DNA of 64,000 nucleotides from Promethearchaeia archaeon (GTDB taxonomy: Archaea; Asgardarchaeota; Lokiarchaeia; Sigyniarchaeales; SOKP01). The notes below the pieces were generated by a model that saw only the letters and a list, made by a program, of their open reading frames with translations, did no database searches and was not told the origin of the DNA. The position numbers and the translations under genes were made by a program. The stretch spans positions 64,001-128,000 of the forward strand of contig JAHQWK010000011.1 of the NCBI GenBank assembly GCA_029856145.1. Reading direction: 5' to 3'. Of this stretch, positions 20,130-30,866 are shown piece by piece; the first letter of the stretch is position 1; every line of letters starts with the position of its first letter.

Positions 20130-21359
20130 ATGAATCACAATATCCAAAAAGATCCTATTAATTATTCAAAATGGCTTGAGTTTGTAATATTTTTACTATT
20201 TCTATTAGGCCCTTTAACTGGAAATATTATCAACGTCTTATTTGGGGTTCTTTCTTCTTATTTTCACGTCACACCTGATAATATCCTAATTGCGATTCCT
20301 GCTTTTATGTTCCCATTTGCTATAACACAACTTTTTTCTGGTGCAATTTCAGATATTAAAGGTAGAATCCCCGTATTAATTGTAGGGTTGATCTTATTTG
20401 CAATTGCTATGTTAACCGCAGCATTATCTTTTAACTTAGAGATGTATATAATTGCAAATATAATAGGAGGAATAGGTTTTGGTTTTATTAATCCTGTTCT
20501 TATAGCTTTAATGGCGGATATTGCATCTCCACCAGATCTAGCAAAAAAAATGGGATATTTGAGTGCAAGCGCAAATTTAGGAGTTGGATTAGGTCCATTA
20601 ATTGCATCTCAAATGATTTTAATTGGTTGGCAATCAATTTACATATTATTTATCGCAATAACTTGTTCTTGTTTGATTTATTTTTTCATTGCTAAAAGAC
20701 CTCCAAAAAAAATTTCAAAAGAGTCAGGAATAAGCACATTTTTGAAACAAATTTCTATTGAGTGGCGTCGTTTGGTAGTTTTCCTGATGATACTATCCGA
20801 TTTCCTCATAGCATATACATATATCGCAATAAACATCTGGACTTCAAAAACCTTGTCTCATGTAGTAAATGAGTCATTAATAGGATTAATTCTTGGCTTA
20901 GCGGGTGTTGGGGCAGCAATTACGGGAGTAATAACAGGTAGTATAACAAAAAGGAAAGGTGTGAAAATTCCGTTGATAACAGGCTTATCGATATTGTTCT
21001 GTTCATTGGGGATTCTATTAGTTATTGGAGATATTACTAATCCAGAAGTATTCATCTTTTTAGCTTTAGGTTGGATTCTAGCAGGATTTTCAGGAGGAAT
21101 CCTGTTTACAACAATAACCTATTATAGTCAAATATTATCCCCAGAAAGACGCGGTGTCTTAGCAGGGTCATTAACTGCAGGTTATTTCACAGGAATTGCA
21201 TTAGTTCCTACGACACTCGCACCATTCTCAAATGCATTTGGAATCAGTGGTGTTTATATAGCAATTTTAATAGCAACTGTGTTTTTCACCATTGTTACGA
21301 TTCTATTATATATTTTAGCTAAACGTATCATTCCAGAGAGAGGAAAAATCTTACACTAA
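20130..21359 (+). CDS. MFS transporter (DHA1-like)
   Basis: Motif A GAISDIKGRIPV; 12 TM segments; GVGLGPLIA. Confidence 0.9.
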   Translation: MNHNIQKDPINYSKWLEFVIFLLFLLGPLTGNIINVLFGVLSSYFHVTPDNILIAIPAFMFPFAITQLFSGAISDIKGRIPVLIVGLILFAIAMLTAALSFNLEMYIIANIIGGIGFGFINPVLIALMADIASPPDLAKKMGYLSASANLGVGLGPLIASQMILIGWQSIYILFIAITCSCLIYFFIAKRPPKKISKESGISTFLKQISIEWRRLVVFLMILSDFLIAYTYIAINIWTSKTLSHVVNESLIGLILGLAGVGAAITGVITGSITKRKGVKIPLITGLSILFCSLGILLVIGDITNPEVFIFLALGWILAGFSGGILFTTITYYSQILSPERRGVLAGSLTAGYFTGIALVPTTLAPFSNAFGISGVYIAILIATVFFTIVTILLYILAKRIIPERGKILH

Positions 21360-21428
21360 AAAGAATATTTTAAAGATATTTGGTTTTAAAACAAAGAATA
21401 AAGGAAAATATATTTTTTATTTAAATTT

Positions 21429-21755
21429 TCAAGATTTTATCATTATTAGCATCATTTTAAATTTTTCTATGGCCTTTAATGCATGTGGCTCATTAGCAGG
21501 CATAATAATCATTTGACCATTGTTTAATATGAATTTCTCGTTTGAAATCGTTATTTCGGCTTCTCCGTCAAAAACGTAAACTAGCGCATCAAATGGAGCT
21601 GTATGTTCACTTAAACCTTCTCCTTTATCAAAAGAAAACAAAGTAACGGTTCCAATATCTTTATTAATTAAAGCTCTACTAACAACTGATCCTTGTTGAT
21701 AATCAAGCAAGGATCCTAAATTTAAAATTTCTTTTTTGATAGTTTTGTCACTCAT
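21429..21755 (-). CDS. Cupin domain protein
   Basis: GSVVSR, LFSFDKGEGLSEHTAPFDA and MPANEPHAL. Confidence 0.92.
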   Translation of the reverse strand: MSDKTIKKEILNLGSLLDYQQGSVVSRALINKDIGTVTLFSFDKGEGLSEHTAPFDALVYVFDGEAEITISNEKFILNNGQMIIMPANEPHALKAIEKFKMMLIMIKS

Positions 21756-21903
21756 TTAATTCTCAATTTCTTTAATTTATTTAGTTATAAAAATATTAAA
21801 GAAGTTTTAAATTTAAAACTAAAGCCGAACATGTTAGAAGAAATAATTTTTAAGTATTAATTTTAGAAGAGTTTGAGAGTAATTTAGATTTTCATTGTGT
21901 AGT

Positions 21904-22353
21904 TTAGATTTCCATTGTTAATCTCCATTCTCTGCCACAACTTCCACACTTATATTTCTTTCCGTACATTCTCGGATAAGCAGATATCATATGTGTCCGA
22001 TCTAATATTTCATGAATAAGAGCTTTACTATTATTTCCGCATATTGGACATTCTCTCCTTGATATTCCTTCTACTATAGGTCCTTTTCCCATTTCAAGTG
22101 GAACTGTATCTTGAGAAAAAACCGAACTAGAAACAATTACTTCTTGTTCCAATCTAGGTATTTTTGTTTCATATTGAACTTCGGTTACTGGTATTTCCTT
22201 AATTGGTTCTCGTGGTCCTAAAAGTATTCTAATCTCCTCTTCTAATTCTACAACTCTCATTCTTAAGCTCTCATTCTCATTTCTTAATTCTTTAATTATA
22301 TTTTCAAATTCAATGAGAGTTGGGTCTTTTTTATTTATATTTTCTTGACTCAT
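21904..22353 (-). CDS. Coiled-coil plus C-terminal C4 zinc-ribbon protein
   Basis: Heptad region ELRNENESLRMRVVELEEEI; CPICGN...CGSCGREW. Confidence 0.75.
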   Translation of the reverse strand: MSQENINKKDPTLIEFENIIKELRNENESLRMRVVELEEEIRILLGPREPIKEIPVTEVQYETKIPRLEQEVIVSSSVFSQDTVPLEMGKGPIVEGISRRECPICGNNSKALIHEILDRTHMISAYPRMYGKKYKCGSCGREWRLTMEI

Positions 22354-22636
22354 CTTCCTATAATTTTATTTTTTAATTAAAAGAAAATTGTAAATGTTCT
22401 CTATCAATATAATAGAGTTAATATTAAAAAGCTTAAGGAATCCGAAATATTACAAAATAATTTGAAGAATGGTTTGAACTTAAATTCGTTGTTTCATAGT
22501 CAATAAAAATCATAAGTATTGCATATTTTGAGGCGTTAATCTTAGATAATAAAAGAGAAGTCAATAAACAAAAAAGATTTTTAAACTTATAATTTATTTA
22601 TTTCTATAAGTTAGACTCTTCTTTTGAGAGAGTGTT

Positions 22637-23482
22637 ATGCAATTATTTAGTATAAGTAATAAAGGAGAATTAATTAAGTTAGATAGATTATTTTTTGAAG
22701 AAAATGATGTATATCTCGTTGATGATGAGGAAAAGAATACAATTTATATTTGGGTAGGATTGGAGGTACCTCAATCAAAAAAAGATATTACCGCTGATAT
22801 CGCAAGAAAGATTGATAAAGATCGTGGTGGATCAGCAAAAATCCTTATCATGAAGCAAAAAAGAGAATACGGATCCTTTTTAGCTATGATGCACAATCTA
22901 GAGAAGGGGCTTATACCAGGTAAAACAATTGAGCGAAGACCAGAATTTGTATTTGAGACGCCCCCAGAGAGAATCAAATCTGTTGGGCTTAATGGAATTC
23001 CAGAAGAGAGAGAAATAAATATTGAAACAGAAATAACACAATGGTTTCAGCAAATTAAAGCTCATCGAAAGATTGAACCCCCAAAAAGACCACAAGAACC
23101 TACTGATACTGTTAAATTCATTAAGTTTGAACGACCTATAGTAAAAATAGAGGTTAAAAGTGAACCTCAGAAAGAAACAACGCCCAAACCACAAATTATT
23201 GAGGAAGAACCAGAAGAAATCCCTCTTAAAATCCAAATTCAAGAAGCAGCATATTATTTTTCTTTAAAAGGGTATAAATACGACGAGTTATGCTGGATTT
23301 TGGCTGAAAAAATTCAGAAGATAAATCTTGATATGCCATCTATTGAAGATATTAAACAAAAGGCTGAACAAGTATTCAATTCAAGCTGTACGTATGATGA
23401 ACTTTGTTGGTTAAATGCAGAAATGGATATCTTAACCAAAAAAAGCTTTCTTGAAAAGAAAAAGAAATCATTTGAATATTAA
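22637..23482 (+). CDS. Gelsolin-domain protein with Pro/Glu linker and C-terminal duplicated YDELCW helical domain (1DGelX-like)
   Basis: ENDVYLVDD...TIYIWVG...KKDITADIARKI...QKREYGSF is a gelsolin-type repeat; the C-terminal AAYY...YDELCW motif occurs twice. Confidence 0.8.
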   Translation: MQLFSISNKGELIKLDRLFFEENDVYLVDDEEKNTIYIWVGLEVPQSKKDITADIARKIDKDRGGSAKILIMKQKREYGSFLAMMHNLEKGLIPGKTIERRPEFVFETPPERIKSVGLNGIPEEREINIETEITQWFQQIKAHRKIEPPKRPQEPTDTVKFIKFERPIVKIEVKSEPQKETTPKPQIIEEEPEEIPLKIQIQEAAYYFSLKGYKYDELCWILAEKIQKINLDMPSIEDIKQKAEQVFNSSCTYDELCWLNAEMDILTKKSFLEKKKKSFEY

Positions 23483-23598
23483 AAATTGGAAAATGAATTC
23501 TTATTCATTTGGCCTAGCTAATTTTAAATTAACCAAGATTTTAAATACTATTTTTGATTTCTTATACAAAGTTCTAACAAAAATAATAGGTAATTTCA

Positions 23599-24186
23599 AT
23601 GGAAAATAGTAGTGAATTAAGTGATGAACAGTTTTGGAAGAAAAAAATAAAGGAACATTGGAAAATATTCGCCGTCATAATTAGTGCTGGAGTAGTTGCA
23701 GCTGTAGGGGCAATTTTAGTATTTTTATGGTTTATAAATATTTCTCCTATTGGTGATTATGGTACCGCATCAATTGATCTGTGGACCTTAGAAATGGTTG
23801 TTTTATTTATTATCTTTAGCATTTTATGGGAGTTATTATTCGTGGGGATACCAGCAGCATTATTTTTTGGTGTAGGAGGGTATATCTGTTGGCGTAGATT
23901 ACCAGCTGAAGAAAAACAAGAGTTTAAAGATAGAGAAAAGAAAAAGACTCATAGAGCTAGGAATGCAGGTGGTGGTGGCGGTGGGGGATTCTTTATGTTT
24001 ATTGCATATTGTATTTATATGGCAGTTCAAGGATTTTACAATGTTCCATTTGGAACTCAACCATATAGTTTTTGGATCTATTCGTGGTTCTTAACGTTTA
24101 TGTGGATTGTAATTGTACTCGGAACCCCTGCGTTAATCATCGTTATTATTGTATACTTTACTGTGTGGCGAAAGAAATCAGAATAA
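23599..24186 (+). CDS. Hypothetical 4-TM membrane protein with poly-Gly loop
   Basis: Four hydrophobic segments; NAGGGGGGGFF. Confidence 0.75.
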   Translation: MENSSELSDEQFWKKKIKEHWKIFAVIISAGVVAAVGAILVFLWFINISPIGDYGTASIDLWTLEMVVLFIIFSILWELLFVGIPAALFFGVGGYICWRRLPAEEKQEFKDREKKKTHRARNAGGGGGGGFFMFIAYCIYMAVQGFYNVPFGTQPYSFWIYSWFLTFMWIVIVLGTPALIIVIIVYFTVWRKKSE

Positions 24187-24270
24187 AACAATTTATTTTT
24201 TTTTTTATTTTTTAGAATCTTATTCTAGTAAATCAAGTTAAAAAGACTTGAATAATAAAGGATTAAAAGG

Positions 24271-26532
24271 CTAATTTTTTGGTTGGAAGACTTTTTTTTG
24301 TATTAAATTGAGAATTATTTCAGCTTCTTTTGTATAAAAACCCTTTCTTATAGAGAGTAGGTTAGTTACTATGAAATAATCTGTGTTTTTCTTTTTCATT
24401 ATGCTTTTGGCTCTATTCACCATTGATTTTTCGTCAGATTTTAGTTTGACATTTTGTTCGATTATTTGCAATGGGTATATCAATGATGTTTGTAAATGTC
24501 TTTCAAGCAACTCTCTGATCCCTAAGAATGAATTAGTATGTCCAGTGAATTTTTCAAATTGTGCTCTATATTTATTATCAATATCATATGATAACTCTTT
24601 AACTGATTCTAAGAAATCTTGAGAAGGATTTTCTTTCATAATTAGTAAAAGCCTGAAGCTTTTAAATTCTGACATTAAAATTTTAGATTTATGATATTCT
24701 AATTTAATTGTTTGGGATTGAGCATCAGCACCTGTAAGCTCAATTCCAAAAGTCCGAATTGCTTCTAAAAATCCTGTTATTAACGATGCATCAATAGATT
24801 TGCTCGCAAGAATTTGTTCATATACATTTAATCCTGAGTCCTTATGGATAATAATGAAATAGTCTAAGTTTAATACATCCATGTATTTATTGAATATTTT
24901 TTGTCTATGTGCTTCATGCTTCCTTCTAGTACTTTTAACCATTTTATATGTAGTAAAACTAAATACTGAGATAATTGCAATTATTCCAACGATTAAAACT
25001 ATTAGCATTGGATCTAAAGCAAATGGAATAATTATTTCAAATTCTTGAGTAATAACTCCTGCTGCTATTCCATTATACCAAAAGACATAAGCCTTATAAG
25101 TTCCAGCATGAGGATTGCTTGAAAGTTGATAATTAAGCAATATGTCATCTGTTTCGATTGATTCAATCTCATATATAATGTCTTCTTGAGCGGGAAATCC
25201 TAATGAATTAATTAACCTAAAAGTCAAATTACCCGGGTCTATTGGAGCAAGGACAGAAAATAGGATTTCTTGGCCAGGACCAAATTCTGTTGTTGGTACG
25301 TTTAGTGAAAGCATTATATTTGGAGAATTTGCAGTTATCCTCCAATTCGCACCCTCAAGGATAGTGTTGTTTGATATAAAAATAAAATGATTTGTTGTAT
25401 TTATAATAACTTGCGATGATATATCCTCCCACCCTACTCCTAAATCTCTAAATACACTTATGTTATACCAACCTAGAGGATAATTAAATTTGATTGAATA
25501 ATTAAAGAAAAATCTCTGGATATCAGGCTCAATAGTCCAGATATTTGCTAAATTCTCTTGTATTAACACATTTCCTGTTGAAATTAAGAAATTTTGTAAT
25601 TTTATATGATATTTTAAATTAAATAATAGCTCTATTGAACGATTATTGATAATAGGAACATAAAATATATCACTATTAGGAGATATATTTTTATTCAATG
25701 TGATACTTCCATTTTCACTAATTGGATATAAGGAACCATCAATATTCAGAGTCATATTTATTTCTTTAGGACTAAATGATCTATCAACTCTTTGAATTAG
25801 TTTATATAATAAAGGTTCTCCTTTTGTTTCAACATTCCATTTTGAACCATCATATTTAGATGTATGTAAATTTGAATGAACAGAATTAGAGTCATTATAA
25901 TACCAATAATATGCTGTTTTTTCTGCAGGGACTAATTGTGAACCATTTAATGTAAGGTAATACTGTCCCGGCGCCAAAGAAATTTCATTTTCAAAAGTCT
26001 GAAGATACCAATTTGGAATTGTAGAAATATTTATCAAGGTGGAGCCCATAATGTTAGAATTAGGAGTATTAGTAGCACCTTCAAAACCAGTTAATTGAAA
26101 AGATACTGGGATAGTTGGGGTTTGAATACTTCTATAACCTAATATGTAAGCACCAAAGAGAACTGTTGGTTCAGTAATATTCACTTGTACACCCCAACCC
26201 AAAAATGCATTTCCGATTGTTACTTTAGAACTACCATCACTAGAATCTTCAATAGTTTTAATTTCCTTACCTAGCCTAATATCTGTGAAATTCATCTCGA
26301 TATTAGTAATATTCCAGGATGCAGATGCTAGTGGAATGTCAATAGAACTTATATTTTTACTATAGTTAATTCCCTCTGAGAATTCAGTAATTAAAAAATC
26401 TGAACGTGGATTTAAGGTATCGCCATTAGTTTGAGCGTGTGAAAATTCTATAAGACTAGCGATATTTATAAACAGAAAAGAAGATATTATGACTAAAACA
26501 ATTAAATAATTTTGTTTAACAATTTTTCTCAT
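24271..26532 (-). CDS. Type I membrane protein: signal peptide, beta-rich glycosylated ectodomain, TM helix, cytoplasmic longin/roadblock-like plus wHTH-like domain (paralogue 1)
   Basis: Signal ending SHAQ; many NxS/T; TM LIVLIVGIIAIISVFSF; cytoplasmic IIIHKDSGLNVY...LITGFLEAIRTFG...IKLEY. Confidence 0.8.
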   Translation of the reverse strand: MRKIVKQNYLIVLVIISSFLFINIASLIEFSHAQTNGDTLNPRSDFLITEFSEGINYSKNISSIDIPLASASWNITNIEMNFTDIRLGKEIKTIEDSSDGSSKVTIGNAFLGWGVQVNITEPTVLFGAYILGYRSIQTPTIPVSFQLTGFEGATNTPNSNIMGSTLINISTIPNWYLQTFENEISLAPGQYYLTLNGSQLVPAEKTAYYWYYNDSNSVHSNLHTSKYDGSKWNVETKGEPLLYKLIQRVDRSFSPKEINMTLNIDGSLYPISENGSITLNKNISPNSDIFYVPIINNRSIELLFNLKYHIKLQNFLISTGNVLIQENLANIWTIEPDIQRFFFNYSIKFNYPLGWYNISVFRDLGVGWEDISSQVIINTTNHFIFISNNTILEGANWRITANSPNIMLSLNVPTTEFGPGQEILFSVLAPIDPGNLTFRLINSLGFPAQEDIIYEIESIETDDILLNYQLSSNPHAGTYKAYVFWYNGIAAGVITQEFEIIIPFALDPMLIVLIVGIIAIISVFSFTTYKMVKSTRRKHEAHRQKIFNKYMDVLNLDYFIIIHKDSGLNVYEQILASKSIDASLITGFLEAIRTFGIELTGADAQSQTIKLEYHKSKILMSEFKSFRLLLIMKENPSQDFLESVKELSYDIDNKYRAQFEKFTGHTNSFLGIRELLERHLQTSLIYPLQIIEQNVKLKSDEKSMVNRAKSIMKKKNTDYFIVTNLLSIRKGFYTKEAEIILNLIQKKVFQPKN

Positions 26533-26767
26533 ATCTATCCCCTAAAAGATATATTTAATTAATTAAATAACTATTTACTATGTTAATCACTATCTGATTA
26601 TTTAAAGTGTAATTCGAATTTTAAAATGACCAAAACATTTAGAAAAGAATTTTAATATAAGAATGGAACTGATTTATAACAGTAATAAAGATTTAATTTA
26701 AAAAGATTTTAGGTATAAAATTCTCCTATATCCTCAATCATTCAATAAAACAGAAATGTAATACATT

Positions 26768-29071
26768 TTATTCTATGATTTGAAAAATATTTTTATCAAT
26801 CAGATTAAAAATGAGCTCTAAATCTTTAGGGCTACATTCTCTTTCAAGTAATAAAGAGGATAAATAAAAAGAACTCGTATTATTTATTTTCATAAAAGAG
26901 ATTGCCTTATTAATCAATGCTCTTTCATTTGGACTTATTTTAACTTTTTCTAACTCTTCTATTTTTGTTAGCTTTAATGGATAAGTAAGTGAAGTACTAA
27001 GATGGTGTTTAAGCAGTTTGTCTATCGATTTAAAAGGATTAATATTTCCATTAAATTGATCAATATGCTCGCCATAATATTTATAGAGATCATAAGCCAA
27101 GTCTTCAAGTGAAAATAAGAAATTTGAGGATGGATGTTGTTTCATTATTAGAATGAGTCTTAGGTTTACAAATTCGGTCATAATTATAATTGAATCTTTG
27201 TATTCTAGCTTTATAGTTTGTGAACTATCTTCAATTTTGATCAATTCAATTCCAAAAGAATGAATTGCTTGTAAAAATCCCGAAATCATAGCAGCATCAA
27301 TTTCTTTTTCAGTAAATTTTTGCTGATAAAGATTTAAGCCGGACTTTTTATCTGAGACAATAATATAATCTAAATTCAAAACATCCATACATTTATTATA
27401 AAGTTTTTGACTTTCTTCAATTTTTCTAGTCCTATATTTCTTGATTCTTCGATAAGATAATATTCCCGTAGTTGTCCCTACAATTGCAATTATGATACCG
27501 ATAACAATCCAAATTGGATCTATAGTAAAAGGAACCGGAGGAACGTTAACTTCAAAGTCTTGAGATTGAACTCCTCCGTCTGTACTATTATTCCAGTAAA
27601 TTATTATAGTATAAGTACCTTCACGTGAATTTGATGGGATTATATATGAAAAAATAGTGTCTTCTGAAATAACGCCTCTTACTTCTATAGGCTCGTCATA
27701 TCCAAAACCTAATGAATTTATGAAATAAAATGTGAAATTACCTTCTAAACTAGGGGCATTAACAGAGAATTGTAATTCTTGTCCTGGTTCCCATTCCAAT
27801 TCTGGGAGATTTATATTAAAAAATATATTGGGTGAATTTGCATTTATCTTCCATTCAACTCCACCCAGTATGATATCATTTGGAATAATAAGTGTGCTTG
27901 CATTCATATTTATATTGGCAAAAGATGTAATATTTTCCCAAGATGGCCCTGATTTACGGTATAGTGATAAATTAAACCAATTTCTAGGAAAATTAAACTT
28001 TACATGATAAATAGATGAGATTCTATCAATTATTGGGTGTAATGCCCATTGACTATTAGTTTCTTTGATACTTGCAGAACCTATAGTTAAAAACTCATTA
28101 GTAAGACTAATAGAATAATTGTAATTAAAATTTAGGATAATAGATCTATTAATTTTTAGTGGAATCTCAAGAGTGATCTTATTAGAATAGTAAGAGAAAT
28201 TGGTTATTTCTAGAGTCCCTTTCCCTGTAACAGGTCCATTAATTACCTCATAATCCTCTCCATTAACTTCTGCTGTCAAATTTAGATCTTTAGGAAGGTA
28301 AGTTCTATCAACTCTTTGATTCAATTTACAGAGAAAACTTGAATTTATAAGACCAAAACTCCAGGAAGTTACATAAGATGATGTGTGTAAATATGGAATT
28401 TGAGGATCAAATTCATCGTTCTGCCAATAATATTTTGCTTGATCATCTGTAGACAGATTAGTACCATTCATAACTAATGTATAATTTCCAATTGGAAGGC
28501 TAATAGGAGCTGACCCTGACGAAAAATCTTGATAATACCAATCTAAAGTGGTAGATATATTCAAATCTATAGATTTATAAATTGTATTATTAGGACTTAA
28601 ATTTATATTATCAAATCCTTTAAGTTGGAATTTTATTATCTCGTTTGCCTGTGGAGTTTTATATCCCTTAATAAAAACACCAAATAATTCAACAACTTCC
28701 AAAATTTCAATTTGCATACTCAGAGCAAATGTTCTAAATACGGAATTTTTATTCCATACTTGTGCTAAGCCTGTTTCAGTGTCTTCAATACTTTTAATTT
28801 CTCTACCTAAATTTATATTGGAAAAATTAATTTTTATATTTGTTATTGTCCAATTCGGTTCAGGTAACTCAATATTTATTGAACTAACATTATCTTTTAT
28901 TCCTTTAATTTTTGAATATTCAAAAAAACTAAAATTAGAAGAAATTGAAAACAGTTCACCATTACTCTGAGCATGTGAAAGATAAATATCATTACTTGAA
29001 ATTAGAAAGATGCTTACAAAAAGTAACAGTCCAATGATGATTTTATTTTTTTTACCGATGTTTTTAAACAT
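26768..29071 (-). CDS. Type I membrane protein with the same architecture (paralogue 2)
   Basis: Colinear similarity with 24271..26532: SHAQ(S/T)NG, W(T/N)ITNI, LG(R/K)EIK(S/T)IED, QRVDR, W(K/R)I(N/T)ANSPNI, MDVLNLDY, SQTIKLEY. Confidence 0.8.
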   Translation of the reverse strand: MFKNIGKKNKIIIGLLLFVSIFLISSNDIYLSHAQSNGELFSISSNFSFFEYSKIKGIKDNVSSINIELPEPNWTITNIKINFSNINLGREIKSIEDTETGLAQVWNKNSVFRTFALSMQIEILEVVELFGVFIKGYKTPQANEIIKFQLKGFDNINLSPNNTIYKSIDLNISTTLDWYYQDFSSGSAPISLPIGNYTLVMNGTNLSTDDQAKYYWQNDEFDPQIPYLHTSSYVTSWSFGLINSSFLCKLNQRVDRTYLPKDLNLTAEVNGEDYEVINGPVTGKGTLEITNFSYYSNKITLEIPLKINRSIILNFNYNYSISLTNEFLTIGSASIKETNSQWALHPIIDRISSIYHVKFNFPRNWFNLSLYRKSGPSWENITSFANINMNASTLIIPNDIILGGVEWKINANSPNIFFNINLPELEWEPGQELQFSVNAPSLEGNFTFYFINSLGFGYDEPIEVRGVISEDTIFSYIIPSNSREGTYTIIIYWNNSTDGGVQSQDFEVNVPPVPFTIDPIWIVIGIIIAIVGTTTGILSYRRIKKYRTRKIEESQKLYNKCMDVLNLDYIIVSDKKSGLNLYQQKFTEKEIDAAMISGFLQAIHSFGIELIKIEDSSQTIKLEYKDSIIIMTEFVNLRLILIMKQHPSSNFLFSLEDLAYDLYKYYGEHIDQFNGNINPFKSIDKLLKHHLSTSLTYPLKLTKIEELEKVKISPNERALINKAISFMKINNTSSFYLSSLLLERECSPKDLELIFNLIDKNIFQIIE

Positions 29072-29229
29072 TAACCCTGAATTACCTGAATCTTATCTAA
29101 ATTTATAATAAAATTCTATTTATTTATATCTCCTCTTAATTTTGAGAGCTTATAAAATTGAATATTATAAAAAATTAAGACAAACGTATATAAAAAAATT
29201 TTAATTATTGAAGGGAATTATTTTTTTCA

Positions 29230-29600
29230 AGGGATGCTTTTAGGTTCATTGCGGAAACTAAAAACACAAATGGTTTTTGTAATTCTGTGTTTTCTTTTTT
29301 GGTTTCTTCAATAATCTTGTATAGTTTTAGTAACAAATCTTCTATAAGTTTCTCTCAATTTTAGATATTGTGATTCTGAAAGGAATATTATTGAATTGAA
29401 GAATTCTTTTTACTCAAGAATTTTATTTATAGTATCAGGAGCAACATCTAAATAAGATAAATTTTGGTAAAATTTATCATTGAGTGAAGACCACATATAT
29501 CATCCGTTATTTATATTATATCATCAATTCTCGATTCATCAGTAAGATGGTGTTTTTCTAAAACAAACCTATTTACATAATTCAATTCAAAATTTTCCAT
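29230..29600 (-). pseudogene. Degraded remnant resembling the N-terminus of an AlkZ/HTH_42-like protein
   Basis: ATG at 29600 gives MENFELNYVNRFVLEKHHLTDESRIDDII*ITDDICGLHS with an in-frame TAA at 29513-29511, then further stops and frameshifts. The family call is from memory and the 3' boundary is approximate. Confidence 0.5.
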
Positions 29601-29656
29601 GAACCATTAATTACTATGATTTTAGAGGACTTATTCAAAAAATAAGAATAAGAAAC

Positions 29657-30223
29657 TTAAGATTTAAGCTTTTTAAGCAAATAAGCAAAATTTTTACCTA
29701 AATTTTCAAATGTTCTAATACCTTCTTCATCATCTAATACTTCTCCTGGATTCCTCCCAATACCTACATTCCAATAAGATGATCCCACTACAAACATCTG
29801 CTTAATGAGAAAGAAGTAATTAATACTGGAAAATACATGATTTGCCCCTGCTCTCCTAACTGCCACAACTGCAGCACCAATTTTATGTTTTAAATGCCCT
29901 CCAGTAGCGTACCCGGCACGTTCTATTAAAGCTTTTGTACTAGTTGATAAATCTGAAAAATAAGTAGGTGAACCTATTATAATTCCATCAGCTTCAAGCA
30001 TCTTTTGAATGTATTCATTCATATTATCTCCTTCGATAGTACATCTTTGGTCGTCATTATCAATGCATTGATAACATGCAGTACAACCCTGCAATCTTTT
30101 GTTACCAATCCATATTATTTCGCACTCAATTCCTTCAGCTTCCAACTCCTCTACAACAATACTTAAGCAATGGTATGTGTTTCCCTTTTTTCTTGGACTG
30201 CCGTTAAATAATACAACCTTCAT
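29657..30223 (-). CDS. Iron-sulfur flavoprotein (Isf)/NADPH-dependent FMN reductase family
   Basis: NGSPRKKGNT, CTACYQC-x7-C, GSPTYF, RRAGA and GSSYWN. Confidence 0.92.
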   Translation of the reverse strand: MKVVLFNGSPRKKGNTYHCLSIVVEELEAEGIECEIIWIGNKRLQGCTACYQCIDNDDQRCTIEGDNMNEYIQKMLEADGIIIGSPTYFSDLSTSTKALIERAGYATGGHLKHKIGAAVVAVRRAGANHVFSSINYFFLIKQMFVVGSSYWNVGIGRNPGEVLDDEEGIRTFENLGKNFAYLLKKLKS

Positions 30224-30572
30224 TATTATAAACCTTTATAATTGTCAAATTATTTTTCAATAATTATATATAGCAATGTAATAATTTTTGTTTTCGGTAT
30301 TTAATGTTTTATAGTTTTTTATATCCTACTCTTACAAAATTTAAAATAAATTTCTAATAACTCTATCATTTCCACTATACAAAATCAATTTTAATCAAAA
30401 ATTACTTAATTTCATAGTATTTTCATTAATTCTTTTTGATTTAATATTTGATTTTCAACTATAATAATCAAGATTTTAATATTATCATCTATTTTGGAGA
30501 AATTTTTATATAGGGATTTGATAAAATATATATTAATTCTTAATGACTTATTACATAATTTAAAAGATAAAG

Positions 30573-30866
30573 GTGATTAAAATAAAAGATAAAGAAAGAA
30601 TTAAAATTAAAGATTTAAATATCAAAGTGGCACAAAAAATGTACGATATGTATCGAAATAATCCAGATCAAAAATTTTATGAAAAAGAATTTAAACGACT
30701 ATTAAATGATGAATTAAAAATTGAATATAATGATCTTAATGCTTTAATGAAATATATGTTAGAAAAAGATTATATTATTTCTTCTCAGGATAGTATGGAA
30801 TCATCCAGTTATTTTTTAGTAACAGCAAATTTAATAGATTTCGTAGAAAATCTACCGTCTTTCTAA
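30573..30866 (+). CDS. Hypothetical small protein, possible winged helix
   Basis: 97-aa GTG ORF; LNALMKYMLEKDYII...YFLVT resembles a wHTH wing. Confidence 0.5.
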   Translation: MIKIKDKERIKIKDLNIKVAQKMYDMYRNNPDQKFYEKEFKRLLNDELKIEYNDLNALMKYMLEKDYIISSQDSMESSSYFLVTANLIDFVENLPSF

